This document shows, in pieces, positions 1 through 11,592 of a stretch of 64,000 nt of DNA. The DNA lies in contig CAKTGM010000002.1 in assembly GCA_934561515.1 (NCBI GenBank), positions 45,384 through 109,383 of the forward strand. The letters are read 5' to 3'. The notes beneath the pieces were generated by a model that ran no database searches, was not told the origin of the DNA, and saw only the letters and a list, made by a program, of their open reading frames with translations. Source of the DNA: an uncultured Oscillospiraceae bacterium. Its GTDB lineage: Bacteria > Bacillota > Clostridia > Oscillospirales > Oscillospiraceae. Position 1 is the stretch's first letter; every line of letters begins with the position of its first letter. Made by a program: the position numbers and the translations under genes.

Positions 1-1
1 T

Positions 2-1021
2 TTGATCGCCATGAGCGGCGGCGTGGATTCGTCCGCCGCCGCCCTGCTTTTGCAGCAGCAGGGCTACGAATGCGCGGGCGCGACGCTCTCGCTCTGCGGA
101 AACGATGTTTCCGGCGCGAGAAAGATCGCCGAGGGTCTCGGTATGCCCTTTTACGTCTTCGACGAGCGCGAGCGCTTTGCACGCGAGGTGATGGACCGCT
201 TTGTGAGCGAATACTGCGCGGGCCGCACGCCGAACCCCTGCATCGACTGCAACCGCTGCCTGAAGTTCGGCGCGTTTCTTGACCGCGCGCTCGAGATGGG
301 CTTTGACTATATCGCCACGGGCCACTATGCCCGCGTCGACTATGACGAGGCGCGCGGCCTTTACCGCCTGCTTCGCGGCGAGAGCCGCGCCAAGGACCAG
401 AGCTACGTGCTCTATCAGCTCACGCAGCGCGAGCTTTCGCACCTGCTGCTGCCCGTGGGCAGCTTTGAAAAGCCGGAGATCCGCGAGCGGGCGGAGGAGG
501 CAGGCCTTGCGAACGCCCATCAGGCGGACTCGCAGGACATCTGCTTCATCCCCGACGGGGACTATGTGCGCTTCCTGCGCGACTACGGCGGCGTCGAGCC
601 GCAGCCGGGCAACTTCGTGGACGCCTCGGGCCGTGTGCTCGGCCGTCACCGCGGGCTTGAGTGCTACACGGCGGGCCAGCGCAAGGGCCTCGGCGTGAGC
701 GCGGACCGTCCCCTCTATGTGATAGCCAAAAATGCCGAAGATCATACCGTGCTCCTCGGCGACAACGAGGAATTGTTTTCCTCCGCGCTGCTTGCCTCGC
801 GCGTGAACTTCATCATGGGTGCGCCCGAGGGCGAGGTGCGATGCACTGCCAAAACGCGCTACTCCCAGAAGGAATGCGAGGCCGTGGTCACGCCGCTGCC
901 GGACGGCGGCGCGCACGTCGCACTCCTCGCGCCCCAGCGCGCCGTGACGGCGGGGCAGGCCGTCGTCTTCTACAACGGCGAGGAAGTCCTCGGCGGCGGC
1001 ACGATCGAAAAGGCGCTCTGA
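2..1021 (+). CDS. mnmA: tRNA-specific 2-thiouridylase MnmA (5' end truncated by window edge)
   Basis: PP-loop motif SGGVDSS, conserved catalytic Cys pair, full-length similarity to MnmA/TrmU; intrinsic terminator at 1039-1073. Confidence 0.9.
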   Translation: MIAMSGGVDSSAAALLLQQQGYECAGATLSLCGNDVSGARKIAEGLGMPFYVFDERERFAREVMDRFVSEYCAGRTPNPCIDCNRCLKFGAFLDRALEMGFDYIATGHYARVDYDEARGLYRLLRGESRAKDQSYVLYQLTQRELSHLLLPVGSFEKPEIRERAEEAGLANAHQADSQDICFIPDGDYVRFLRDYGGVEPQPGNFVDASGRVLGRHRGLECYTAGQRKGLGVSADRPLYVIAKNAEDHTVLLGDNEELFSSALLASRVNFIMGAPEGEVRCTAKTRYSQKECEAVVTPLPDGGAHVALLAPQRAVTAGQAVVFYNGEEVLGGGTIEKAL

Positions 1022-1038
1022 ACATTGGATAAGTGATG

Positions 1039-1073
1039 AAAAAGGCTCCGTGCTGTGCACGGAGCCTTTTTTG
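1039..1073. terminator. Bidirectional intrinsic terminator (mnmA / minus-strand micro-ORF)
   Basis: GGCTCCGTGC-loop-GCACGGAGCC hairpin flanked by an A-run and a T-run. Confidence 0.7.
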
Positions 1074-1081
1074 ATGTGTCT

Positions 1082-1165
1082 TCAGCGTTCGCTGACATAC
1101 GCCTCATTGCCGAAAATCATGTCATCGACGTCGCCGCAGCGGCAATCCTTCTCTTTCTCCTTCAT
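1082..1165 (-). CDS. Putative 27-aa Cys-containing micro-protein (MKEKEKDCRCGDVDDMIFGNEAYVSER)
   Basis: ATG preceded by AAAGGAA SD, TATACT -10 about 35 nt upstream, terminator 1039-1073 directly downstream; too short for the ORF track. Confidence 0.3.
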   Translation of the reverse strand: MKEKEKDCRCGDVDDMIFGNEAYVSER

Positions 1166-1281
1166 CGTATCATTCCTTTCTGATTTCAGTTCACCCGGAC
1201 AGTATATGCGGGCAAACGCAAAAAGTTGTACGAAAAAAGGCAGCGGAAAGTAAAAAAGATGGCAGAGCCATCTTTTTGAAT

Positions 1282-2124
1282 TTAGTATCGCCTGTCGAGG
1301 ATCTCCACCACGTCGGCGAGCGCGCCGTCCTTGCAGTGGCAGACGATCTGCGCGCCGCAGGCTTTGACCTCGGCGGTGGCGTTTTCGGGCGCAAAGCCGA
1401 GCGCGGAGACCTCGAGCATCGGAATATCGTTGTTGTGGTCGCCGACGCAGTAGATGTCCTTGCGCGCAACGCCGAGCAGGGAAGCAAGCTTTAAGATCAT
1501 ACCGCCCTTCGTTGCACCGCGGCGCGTCAGCTCAAGCAGATGGTCGCTCGAGAAGATCAGCTCGTAGTTTTTTCCCCAGTCCTGCGCGCGGATGAAGGCA
1601 CGCACCTCGTCGAGCAGCGGCTTGTCCTCTTCAAAGAGCAGCTTGATGATCGGAAGATCCACCTCGCGGAAGTCTTTGACCTCGACCGTCTTCGCGCGCG
1701 TCAGGTGCTCGTGGTTGCGGACGTAATGGTTGGGGTGCAGGGCGTGGATGCGGCGGTCGTCATGGTAGACCTCAAAGCACAGGCCGGGGAAGCGCACGAG
1801 CAGCGCGTCAACGTGGTCGTAGAGATCAGCATCAAGAAAGGCGGTCTCCACATAGCGGTCCTGCGCAAAATCATAGATGGCCGCCCCGTTGGCGATGACG
1901 CAGGGAACGTTGCAGGGAATGTCCTGCGCGTAGCGCGCGAAGGCGGGCAGGGCGCGGCCGGTCGAAATGGAGAAATAGCCGCCGTTTTGAACGAAATACT
2001 CGACTGCCTCGCGGTTGCGCGCGCTCATCGGCGGGATATCCTCGCCGCGCGCGAGCGCGCCCTCCGTGTAGACGAGGGTGTTGTCAAAGTCGCTGGCGAG
2101 CAGCACCTTGTCGAATTTCGGCAT
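1282..2124 (-). CDS. Cof-type HAD-IIB family hydrolase
   Basis: N-terminal motif DFDNTL (HAD motif I) and C-terminal GDHNND (motif IV); the 468-aa ORF was trimmed to the internal MPKFDKVLL start with an AAGAGGTG SD; terminator hairpin 1252-1278. Confidence 0.85.
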   Translation of the reverse strand: MPKFDKVLLASDFDNTLVYTEGALARGEDIPPMSARNREAVEYFVQNGGYFSISTGRALPAFARYAQDIPCNVPCVIANGAAIYDFAQDRYVETAFLDADLYDHVDALLVRFPGLCFEVYHDDRRIHALHPNHYVRNHEHLTRAKTVEVKDFREVDLPIIKLLFEEDKPLLDEVRAFIRAQDWGKNYELIFSSDHLLELTRRGATKGGMILKLASLLGVARKDIYCVGDHNNDIPMLEVSALGFAPENATAEVKACGAQIVCHCKDGALADVVEILDRRY

Positions 2125-2255
2125 GAATGTCACCTCTTCGGATGTTGTCGTTTTTTCGGGAAAAGTATACCACAGCGGGCAAAAAAAGAAAAGAGCGCCG
2201 CGCTGTGGGCAGAAGAAAAGACCTGCGAAGCGCACTTCGCAGGTCTTGCCACTTT

Positions 2256-3626
2256 TTACAATTCGCTTCTGGGCGTGCCGCTCTCGCCGCCCTGACTGCC
2301 GCTTCTGCGGCGGCCCCTTCCGCCGCGATGGCTGCGGCGGTGCGGCTTGTTCTCGCCGCCCTCGCCTTCTGCCTTCGGCGCGCGGGGAGGACGCGGCGCC
2401 TTCGGCGCGTCGCCCGTTTCGGCGGCAGGCTTGTTTGCGCGCGTGGCGCGGCGCTTGCCGTTTCGCTGCGGACGCTCTCCGTTCGGCTTTTCGCCGCGCG
2501 TGGCGCGCTCGCTGCGCTTTTCGCTCTTTTCTGCCTTTTCGGCGCTCTGCGCGGTCTTCTCGCCGCCCTCGCCGCCCTTTCCGCGGCCTCTTCCGCCGCG
2601 ATGACCGCGCCCGCTGCGGCGGGAACGGCGCTTTTCCTTCTCGCCCTCGTCGGCGTCCGCTTCCTTCTTTTCGGCGGGAGCGGACCACTGCTCGGGCGGG
2701 ACGATGGGCGTTGCGTTGGAGAAGAAGCTCACCGTCAGCTGCGGCTCTTCCTCCTGCGGCTCCTGATAGCGCTCGGGCAGCGTCGTGGGAAGCTCGATGC
2801 CGTCGCGCGAGCCCTTGCCGTTGCGCAGCACCTGAATTTCGCAGGTGCGGTAGCGCTTGGGGGCTTCGTTCTGCCCGTCGAGGCGCACGAGCACCTGCTC
2901 GCGCAGGATGTCCACGCTGCTCACGTTGCCGAGGCCGTCGGGCGTTGCCACGAACGAATCCTGCTTCGGACAGCGGCGCATCGCGTCCTCATAGGCGTTC
3001 TGCTCGTACTTGAGGCAGCACATGAGACGGCCGCAGGTGCCGGAGATCTTTGTCGGGTTCAGGCTGAGATTCTGCGTCTTGGCCATCTTGATGGACACAG
3101 GCACAAAGTCGTCCAAAAACTGCGAGCAGCAGAAGGGCCTGCCGCAGATGCCGAGGCCGCCGAGCATCTTTGCCTCGTCGCGCACGCCGATCTGGCGCAG
3201 CTCGATGCGCGCGCGGAACACGCCGGCGAGGTCGCGCACAAGCTCGCGGAAGTCCACGCGCCCGTCGGAGGTGAAGAAGAAAATGATCTTGCTGCCGTCA
3301 AAGTTGCTCTCCACGCGCACGAGCTTCATGTCGAGCCCGCGCTCTAGGATCTTCTTCTGGCAGACCTCGAAGGCGTTCTTCTCCCTGTTCTTGTTGTAGG
3401 CGTAGGTGCGGTCGTCGTTCTCCGTCGCCACGCGCACGAGCGGGCGCAGCGGCTGAACGACGGCGTCGTCCTCTACCTCGTGGTTGCCCGAGACGCAGTG
3501 GGCGTACTCAAGCCCCTGCGCGGTCTCTACGATGACGAACTCGTTGGGCTCAACCGCAATACCGTGCGGGTCAAAAAAATATTCTTTACATCCGCCGCGA
3601 AAGCGGACACCGATCACTTCTGTCAA
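2256..3626 (-). CDS. ricT: PSP1-domain protein RicT/YaaT with a long low-complexity C-terminal tail
   Basis: PSP1 core (GICGRPFCC, CGRLMCCLKYE) matches YaaT; TTG start with a GGAGGA SD and a 4-nt overlap with the holB stop; terminator 2217-2248; about 180 C-terminal residues are R/G/K/E-rich. Confidence 0.85.
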   Translation of the reverse strand: MTEVIGVRFRGGCKEYFFDPHGIAVEPNEFVIVETAQGLEYAHCVSGNHEVEDDAVVQPLRPLVRVATENDDRTYAYNKNREKNAFEVCQKKILERGLDMKLVRVESNFDGSKIIFFFTSDGRVDFRELVRDLAGVFRARIELRQIGVRDEAKMLGGLGICGRPFCCSQFLDDFVPVSIKMAKTQNLSLNPTKISGTCGRLMCCLKYEQNAYEDAMRRCPKQDSFVATPDGLGNVSSVDILREQVLVRLDGQNEAPKRYRTCEIQVLRNGKGSRDGIELPTTLPERYQEPQEEEPQLTVSFFSNATPIVPPEQWSAPAEKKEADADEGEKEKRRSRRSGRGHRGGRGRGKGGEGGEKTAQSAEKAEKSEKRSERATRGEKPNGERPQRNGKRRATRANKPAAETGDAPKAPRPPRAPKAEGEGGENKPHRRSHRGGRGRRRSGSQGGESGTPRSEL

Positions 3627-4477
3627 AGGAGTTCCTCCAATTCAACGGCGAAGCCGCCCAGTGTGGGCCCGACGCCAACGTTATAGCTGCAATGGTCGCG
3701 ATAGGTTTGCAGCAGATCTATTGTGCCGAGAATTTTGCCTTTTGTCAAGCGGGAAGAAAGCTCGCGCGCGATCTCGCGCTCCGCTTCCGGGACGGGAGAG
3801 CCGTAAGAGCGCAACAGCGCGTCTGCGAGCAGCAGCCTTGTGCGCTCGAAGAGCGCGGCAAGCTCGTCGCGCGTGATCTTTCCCGTTTCGAGCCGGGCGC
3901 AGAAGGCCGCGCGGGATGCGCGCGTGCCGGAGGCAATGCGGTGGGCAAGCTCCAGCGCGCGCTCGTCGGGCGCATCCTCCGCCTGCGAGACGGGAGAGAG
4001 CTTCACCTCCACGCAGCGCGAGCGGATGGTCTGCAAGAGCGCGGCGGCATTTTCCGCGCAGAAGAAGAACGCCGCGTAGGCGGGCCCCTCCTCCACCAGC
4101 TTTAAGAGGACGTTCTGGTCCTTCTCCGTCAGGATGGCGCAGTCCTCGAAGATGTAGATCTTGCGCGCGCCCTCGTTCGGGCGGATGAAGGCATCGGCGC
4201 GCATGGCGCGCACCGTATCGATCGAGAGCTCCTTGTGCTCTGCGTCGCGCACGAAGGAGACGTCGGGGTGGATGTCCTGCATCACCTTGCGGCAGGCGGG
4301 GCAGGCGAGGCAGGGTCTGTGCGCGCCTGTGCACTCCATCGCGGCGGCGGCGTAGCGCGCCGCACAGACTCGCTCGCCGCTTCCGCTGAAGATGAGCGCG
4401 TGCGACAGCGCGCCGCGCGCGGCGGCGGCACGAAGGCGCGCGGCGGTATTGGTTTTTGCAAAGTCGAGCAGCTCCAT
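3623..4477 (-). CDS. holB: DNA polymerase III subunit delta' (HolB)
   Basis: AAA+ clamp-loader fold with a C4 zinc module (CxxC..CxxC), conserved holB-yaaT synteny; start trimmed to MELLDFAK with a GGAGGA SD. Confidence 0.85.
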   Translation of the reverse strand: MELLDFAKTNTAARLRAAAARGALSHALIFSGSGERVCAARYAAAAMECTGAHRPCLACPACRKVMQDIHPDVSFVRDAEHKELSIDTVRAMRADAFIRPNEGARKIYIFEDCAILTEKDQNVLLKLVEEGPAYAAFFFCAENAAALLQTIRSRCVEVKLSPVSQAEDAPDERALELAHRIASGTRASRAAFCARLETGKITRDELAALFERTRLLLADALLRSYGSPVPEAEREIARELSSRLTKGKILGTIDLLQTYRDHCSYNVGVGPTLGGFAVELEELL

Positions 4478-4645
4478 GCATTCCTCCGCGAACAAAGCAA
4501 TAATCTGCTCCCTAGTATATCGCAAAATCGGGCGGTGCGCAAGAAATATCACGGCTTTTTAGCATAAAAACGGCGTTCCTTCCTGCAAAATGTGATGGAA
4601 TTTGCAAAAAACAGGGGAGTAAGACAAAAATTTCACAACTTCGTA

Positions 4646-4674
4646 TTGAAACTCCTGCAATTTCTGTCTATAAT
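4646..4674 (+). promoter_or_regulatory. Consensus sigma-A promoter TTGAAA-17-TATAAT for ppdK
   Basis: Perfect -35/-10 hexamers with a 17-nt spacer, about 65 nt upstream of the ppdK ATG; GGAGG SD at 4728. Confidence 0.6.
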
Positions 4675-4740
4675 AGTAGGGCTTTGATATTTGTTTTATC
4701 TGCAAACCACAGCGATACATTTTGATATGGAGGAAAACCA

Positions 4741-7377
4741 ATGAGCAAAAAGTATGTCTACCTGTTCTCGGAAGGCAACGCGAGCATGCGTGAGCTTCTG
4801 GGCGGCAAGGGCGCGAACCTCGCCGAGATGACCAACATCGGTCTGCCCGTCCCCCAGGGCTTCACCATCACCACCGAGGCCTGCACCCAGTATTATGAGG
4901 ACGGCCGCAAGATCAACGACGAGATCATGTCCCAGATCATGGAGTTCGTCGGCAAGATGGAGGAGATCAACGGCAAGAAGTTCGGCGATCTGAAGAACCC
5001 CCTGCTCGTCTCCGTCCGCTCCGGCGCACGCGCTTCCATGCCCGGCATGATGGATACCATCCTGAACCTCGGCCTGAACGACGAGGTCGTTGCCGCCATG
5101 ATCGCGGGCAACCCCGACCCCAACTTCGAGCGTTTCGTTTACGACTCCTATCGCCGCTTCATCCAGATGTTCTCCGACGTCGTCATGGAGGTGGGCAAGA
5201 AGTACTTTGAGCAGCTCATCGACGCGATGAAGGAAAAGCGCGGCGTCAAGCTCGACGTTGAGCTGACCGCTGCCGACCTCAAGGAGCTTGCCGAGCAGTT
5301 CAAGGCCGAGTACAAGCAGCAGATCGGCGAGGACTTCCCCTCCGACCCCAAGACCCAGCTCTACGAGGCCATCCGCGCCGTGTTCCGCTCCTGGGACAAC
5401 CCGCGCGCGAACGTCTATCGCCGCGACAACGACATCCCCTATTCCTGGGGCACTGCCGTCAACGTCATGCCGATGGTCTTCGGCAACCTGAACGAGAATT
5501 CCGGTACCGGCGTTGCCTTCACCCGTGACCCCGCCACCGGCGAGAAGAAGCTCATGGGCGAGTTCCTGACCAACGCCCAGGGCGAGGACGTCGTCGCCGG
5601 CGTCCGCACCCCGATGCCCATCTCCCAGATGGAGGCGAAGTTCCCCCAGGCCTACGCCGACTTTGTCAAGGTCTGCGACCTGCTCGAGGATCACTACCGC
5701 GATATGCAGGACATGGAGTTCACCGTTGAAAACGGCAAGCTCTATATGCTCCAGTGCCGCAGCGGCAAGCGCACCGCGCAGGCAGCTCTCAAGATCGCCT
5801 GCGACCTTGTCGACGAGGGTATGATCGACGAGAAGAAGGCCGTCTCCATGATCGAGCCCCGCAACCTCGACACCCTGCTCCATCCCCAGTTCGACGCTGC
5901 CGCGCTCAAGGCGGCTCCCGCCATCGGCAAGGCGCTGCCCGCCTCCCCCGGCGCTGCCTGCGGCAAGATCGTCTTCTCCGCTGAGGATGCCAAGGAGTGG
6001 CAGGAGCGCGGCGAGAAGGTCGTTCTCGTCCGTCTCGAGACCTCCCCGGAGGACATCGAGGGCATGAAGGCTGCTCAGGGCATCCTGACCGTCCGCGGCG
6101 GTATGACCTCCCACGCGGCTGTCGTCGCGCGCGGCATGGGTAAGTGCTGCGTCTCCGGCTGCGGCGAGATCAAGATGGACGAGGAGAACAAGAAGTTCGA
6201 GCTCGCCGGCAAGACCTATCACGAGGGCGACTTCATCTCTCTCGACGGTTCCACCGGCAACATCTACGACGGCATCATCCCCACGGTCGACGCCACCATC
6301 GGCGGCGAGTTCGGCCGCGTTATGGCTTGGGCCGACAAGTATCGCCGTCTGGGCGTTCGCACCAACGCCGATAACCCGCACGATACCGAGCAGGCCGTGA
6401 AGTTCGGCGCCGAGGGCATTGGCCTTTGCCGCACCGAGCATATGTTCTTCCAGCCCGACCGTATCCCCGCCATCCGCGAAATGATCTGCTCCGACACCGT
6501 CGAGCAGCGCGAGAAGGCCCTCGCCAAGCTCGAGCCGATGCAGCAGGGCGACTTTGAGGCCATGTATATCGCCCTCGAGGGCCGTCCGATGACCGTCCGC
6601 TTCCTCGATCCCCCCCTGCACGAGTTCGTTCCCACCGACGAAGCTGACATTGCCAAGCTCGCCAAGGACATGGGTAAGAGCGTCGAGGAGATCAAGAACA
6701 TCATCGCCTCCCTGCACGAGTTCAACCCCATGATGGGTCACCGCGGCTGCCGTCTGGACGTCACCTTCCCCGAGATCGCTGCCATGCAGACCCGCGCGGT
6801 CATCAAGGCTGCGCTCAACGTCAGCGCCGCGCACCCCGAGTGGAACATGGTCCCCGAGATCATGATCCCGCTCGTTGGCGAGGTCAAGGAGCTCAAGTAC
6901 GTCAAGGACGTTGTCGTCGAGATCGCTGACAAGCTGATCGCCGAGGCCGGCAGCTCCATGAAGTACAAGGTCGGTACCATGATCGAGATCCCGCGCGCCG
7001 CTCTGACCGCGGACGAGATCGCCAAGGAGGCAGACTTCTTCTCCTTCGGCACCAACGACCTCACCCAGATGACCTTCGGCTTCAGCCGTGACGACGCCGG
7101 CAAGTTCCTCGGCGCGTACTACGACAAGAAGATCTACGAGAGCGATCCCTTCGCCCGTATCGACCAGACCGGCGTTGGCAAGCTCGTTGACATGGCCGTG
7201 AAGCTCGGCCGCGAGACCAATCCCCACATCCACCTCGGCATCTGCGGCGAGCACGGCGGCGACCCCATGTCCGTCGAGTTCTGCCACAAGGTGGGTCTGG
7301 ACTATGTCTCCTGCAGCCCGTTCCGCGTGCCCATCGCCCGCCTCGCCGCCGCTCAGGCTGCCATCAAGGAGATGTAA
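4741..7377 (+). CDS. ppdK: Pyruvate, phosphate dikinase
   Basis: 878 aa; PEP-utilizing enzyme motifs (GGMTSHAAVVARGMGKCCV, CGEHGGDP); full-length match to PPDK. Confidence 0.95.
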   Translation: MSKKYVYLFSEGNASMRELLGGKGANLAEMTNIGLPVPQGFTITTEACTQYYEDGRKINDEIMSQIMEFVGKMEEINGKKFGDLKNPLLVSVRSGARASMPGMMDTILNLGLNDEVVAAMIAGNPDPNFERFVYDSYRRFIQMFSDVVMEVGKKYFEQLIDAMKEKRGVKLDVELTAADLKELAEQFKAEYKQQIGEDFPSDPKTQLYEAIRAVFRSWDNPRANVYRRDNDIPYSWGTAVNVMPMVFGNLNENSGTGVAFTRDPATGEKKLMGEFLTNAQGEDVVAGVRTPMPISQMEAKFPQAYADFVKVCDLLEDHYRDMQDMEFTVENGKLYMLQCRSGKRTAQAALKIACDLVDEGMIDEKKAVSMIEPRNLDTLLHPQFDAAALKAAPAIGKALPASPGAACGKIVFSAEDAKEWQERGEKVVLVRLETSPEDIEGMKAAQGILTVRGGMTSHAAVVARGMGKCCVSGCGEIKMDEENKKFELAGKTYHEGDFISLDGSTGNIYDGIIPTVDATIGGEFGRVMAWADKYRRLGVRTNADNPHDTEQAVKFGAEGIGLCRTEHMFFQPDRIPAIREMICSDTVEQREKALAKLEPMQQGDFEAMYIALEGRPMTVRFLDPPLHEFVPTDEADIAKLAKDMGKSVEEIKNIIASLHEFNPMMGHRGCRLDVTFPEIAAMQTRAVIKAALNVSAAHPEWNMVPEIMIPLVGEVKELKYVKDVVVEIADKLIAEAGSSMKYKVGTMIEIPRAALTADEIAKEADFFSFGTNDLTQMTFGFSRDDAGKFLGAYYDKKIYESDPFARIDQTGVGKLVDMAVKLGRETNPHIHLGICGEHGGDPMSVEFCHKVGLDYVSCSPFRVPIARLAAAQAAIKEM

Positions 7378-7404
7378 TTCTCCCTGCGCGGGCATCCGAT
7401 AAAC

Positions 7405-7446
7405 GCAAAAAGAAGCTCCCGGCCCTCGGCCGGGAGCTTCTTTTAC
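7405..7446. terminator. Bidirectional intrinsic terminator between ppdK and the SNF transporter
   Basis: GAAGCTCCCGGCC-CTC-GGCCGGGAGCTTC hairpin flanked by A- and T-runs. Confidence 0.75.
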
Positions 7447-7482
7447 ATTTTGGAGTCTTTGAAAGGCCGGTGCGGCTTTTCC

Positions 7483-8886
7483 TCAGCCGCCGAAGATCAG
7501 GCTGCCAAGGCCCGTGGAGGTCAGAAACAGGACGAGCATGACCACGGGCACAATGTACTTCATCATCGCGCTGTAGAGCTTTGCCCTGCCGAAGTGCTCG
7601 CCGTTTTTCTCGACCTCGGCGATGATCCACTTCGGCCCCACGACCCAGCCGATGAGGATGCTCGTCAGCAGGCTGATGAAGGGCATGAGGAAGCTGTTGC
7701 TGATGTAGTCCATCACGTCGAGCAGCTGCGCGGTCGAGCCGTTGGGCAGCGGCAGCTCAAAGTAGAGCGCGTTGTAGCCAAGGCAGATGAGAACTGCCGT
7801 TGCGAGCGAGTAGATGCCGACGATGGCGCACATCTGCCGGCGCGACTTGTGGAAAAGCTCCATGCAGTTGGCAACGAGCGTCTCCATGACGGACACGCAG
7901 CTCGTCAGCGCGGCAAAGCCGAGGGCGAGGAAGAACACCGCGCCGATGACGCGGCCCACGCCGCCCATCGCGGCGAAGACCTTCGGCAGGCTGATGAACG
8001 TCAGGCTTGGGCCGCTGGCCATGCCCTCGGTGCCGAGGAAGACATAGACCGCCGGGATGATCATAAGGCCCGCGAGGAAGGCAACGCCCGTGTCGAAGAT
8101 CTCGATCTGGTTGTTGGCCTTGCTGAGATCAACGTCGTCCTTGACATAGCTGCCGTAGGTGATCATGATGCCCATGCTCACGCTGAGGGAGAAGAAGAGC
8201 TGGCTCATCGCGTCGAGCACGATGTTCAGAAAGCGCTGGACGGTCAGGCCCGTAAAGTCGGGCGTGATGTAGACAAGGAAGCCCTCCATGCCCGTGCGCG
8301 TCACGCCGCTCTCGTCCGTATAGCTGAGCGTGAGCGAGAAGATCGCAATGCCGATGATGAGCAGCAGCAGCCCCGGCATAATGTAGCGCGAGTACTTTTC
8401 AATGCCCTTTTCCACGCCCCGGTAAACGACCCACGCCGTCAGCGCGAGGAAGAGCAGCATGAAGACGATGGGGGAGACGGGGGAGGTGATGAAGGAGGTA
8501 AAAAAGCCGTCCTGCGCCGCCGCGTCGCCGCCCGAGAAGAGGTAGAGGGCGAAATACTTCGTGATCCAGCCGCCGATGACGGAGTAGTACGTCATGATGA
8601 GCGTGGGGACGAGGAAGGTGAGGTAGCCGAGGAAGCGCCACTTCTTGTTGAGCGTTGCGAAGGCGTTCAGCGCGTTCTGCTTGGTGCGGCGGCCGATGGC
8701 CACGTCGGTCGTCAGCAGGGCGAAGCCGAAGGTCAGCACCAGCACAAGGTAGATGAGCAGGAACAGGCCGCCGCCATCCTTGGCGCAGAGGTAGGGAAAG
8801 CGCCAGATGTTGCCGACGCCCACCGCGCTGCCTGCCGCGGCCAGCACAAAACCGAGCGAGCCGCTGAAGCTGCTGCTTTTCTTCAT
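7483..8886 (-). CDS. Sodium-dependent transporter, SNF (neurotransmitter:sodium symporter) family
   Basis: GNIWRFPY signature and 11-12 predicted TM helices; start trimmed to MKKSSSFSG; extended -10 promoter TGCTATAAT with TTGCCA -35 at about 8925-8955 (minus). Confidence 0.85.
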   Translation of the reverse strand: MKKSSSFSGSLGFVLAAAGSAVGVGNIWRFPYLCAKDGGGLFLLIYLVLVLTFGFALLTTDVAIGRRTKQNALNAFATLNKKWRFLGYLTFLVPTLIMTYYSVIGGWITKYFALYLFSGGDAAAQDGFFTSFITSPVSPIVFMLLFLALTAWVVYRGVEKGIEKYSRYIMPGLLLLIIGIAIFSLTLSYTDESGVTRTGMEGFLVYITPDFTGLTVQRFLNIVLDAMSQLFFSLSVSMGIMITYGSYVKDDVDLSKANNQIEIFDTGVAFLAGLMIIPAVYVFLGTEGMASGPSLTFISLPKVFAAMGGVGRVIGAVFFLALGFAALTSCVSVMETLVANCMELFHKSRRQMCAIVGIYSLATAVLICLGYNALYFELPLPNGSTAQLLDVMDYISNSFLMPFISLLTSILIGWVVGPKWIIAEVEKNGEHFGRAKLYSAMMKYIVPVVMLVLFLTSTGLGSLIFGG

Positions 8887-8997
8887 GTTGGATTCACTTC
8901 TTTCATGTAAATGTAATACTGGTGCCCTATTATAGCAGAAAGAATGGAATTGGCAAGAGGGGAAATGATGAAAATGCAGCATTTCTTGCAGAAATAC

Positions 8998-9036
8998 GAA
9001 AAAATATCTCACCAACCCGCGGCTGGTGAGATATTT
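8998..9036 (-). terminator. Intrinsic terminator after ftsH
   Basis: TCTCACCA-loop-TGGTGAGA hairpin followed by a T-run on the minus strand. Confidence 0.6.
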
Positions 9037-9054
9037 CATTCATTCATGGAGCTA

Positions 9055-10908
<1,854 letters not shown>

Positions 10909-10960
10909 TGGGATATCCTCCTTGCACTGCAAAGGTAAAAAGCCTCAGCTGTTTTTTGAA

Positions 10961-11515
10961 TCAGTTCGAGTAGACCTCGGGCTTGAGCACGCCGATATAG
11001 GGCATATTGCGGTACTTCTGCGCATAGTCGAGGCCGTAACCGACGACGAATTCATCGGGTACTTCAAAGCCCGCAAGGTCGGCGGCGATGGGCTTTGCGC
11101 GGCGGGAGGGCTTGTCGAGCAGCGCCACGACCGTCACGCTGGCCGCGCCCTTGGTCATGAAGTAGTTCTTGAGGAAGTAGAGCGTGTTGCCGGAGTCGAG
11201 AATGTCCTCGATCACAACGATATCGCGGCCCGTGATGTCCTGCTGGAGATCGTGCGTGATCTGCACCACGCCGGAGGAGGTCGTCGCGTTCTGGTAGGAC
11301 GAAACGGCGATGAACTCGATGTCGCTCTTGAGCTGGCAGGCGCGCACGATGTCGGCCATGAAGATGAACGAGCCCTTCAGCACGCCGAGGAACAGAGGAT
11401 TCTTGCCCTTCAGGCGCTCATAGAGCTCATCGCCCATCTCCTGCACGCGCGTTCTCAGCTGTTCTTCGGAATACAGTACCTTCAGAATGTCCTGATCCAT
11501 ATTGTTCTTAGCCAT
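10961..11515 (-). CDS. hpt: Hypoxanthine phosphoribosyltransferase
   Basis: PRPP-binding motif VVIEDILDSGNTL; aligns along its length with B. subtilis HprT; start set at MAKNNMDQD with a GGAGA SD; tilS-hpt-ftsH synteny. Confidence 0.85.
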   Translation of the reverse strand: MAKNNMDQDILKVLYSEEQLRTRVQEMGDELYERLKGKNPLFLGVLKGSFIFMADIVRACQLKSDIEFIAVSSYQNATTSSGVVQITHDLQQDITGRDIVVIEDILDSGNTLYFLKNYFMTKGAASVTVVALLDKPSRRAKPIAADLAGFEVPDEFVVGYGLDYAQKYRNMPYIGVLKPEVYSN

Positions 11516-11592
11516 AGCTTTTTTCTCCATTTTCTTTATATTCGTGTTGCTTGTATCGGATGCGGCGTTCCGCCGCGAGCGTGCAGAATGAT

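Noticed and set aside
2125-2688. R/K-rich N-terminal 188 aa of the 468-aa minus ORF (1282-2688)
   Set aside because: An out-of-frame read of the RicT C-terminal tail. The HAD hydrolase has a proper internal start (MPKFDK) with an SD at 2124.
4696-7395. 899-aa minus-strand ORF antisense to ppdK, and similar long antisense ORFs opposite pnp (27451-29640), alr (39687-41012), glmS (44350-46116), mutS2/uvrC, etc.
   Set aside because: Typical stop-codon-poor antisense frames of high-GC coding DNA; Gly/Ala/Arg-rich with no domain signatures, overlapping confidently identified genes.
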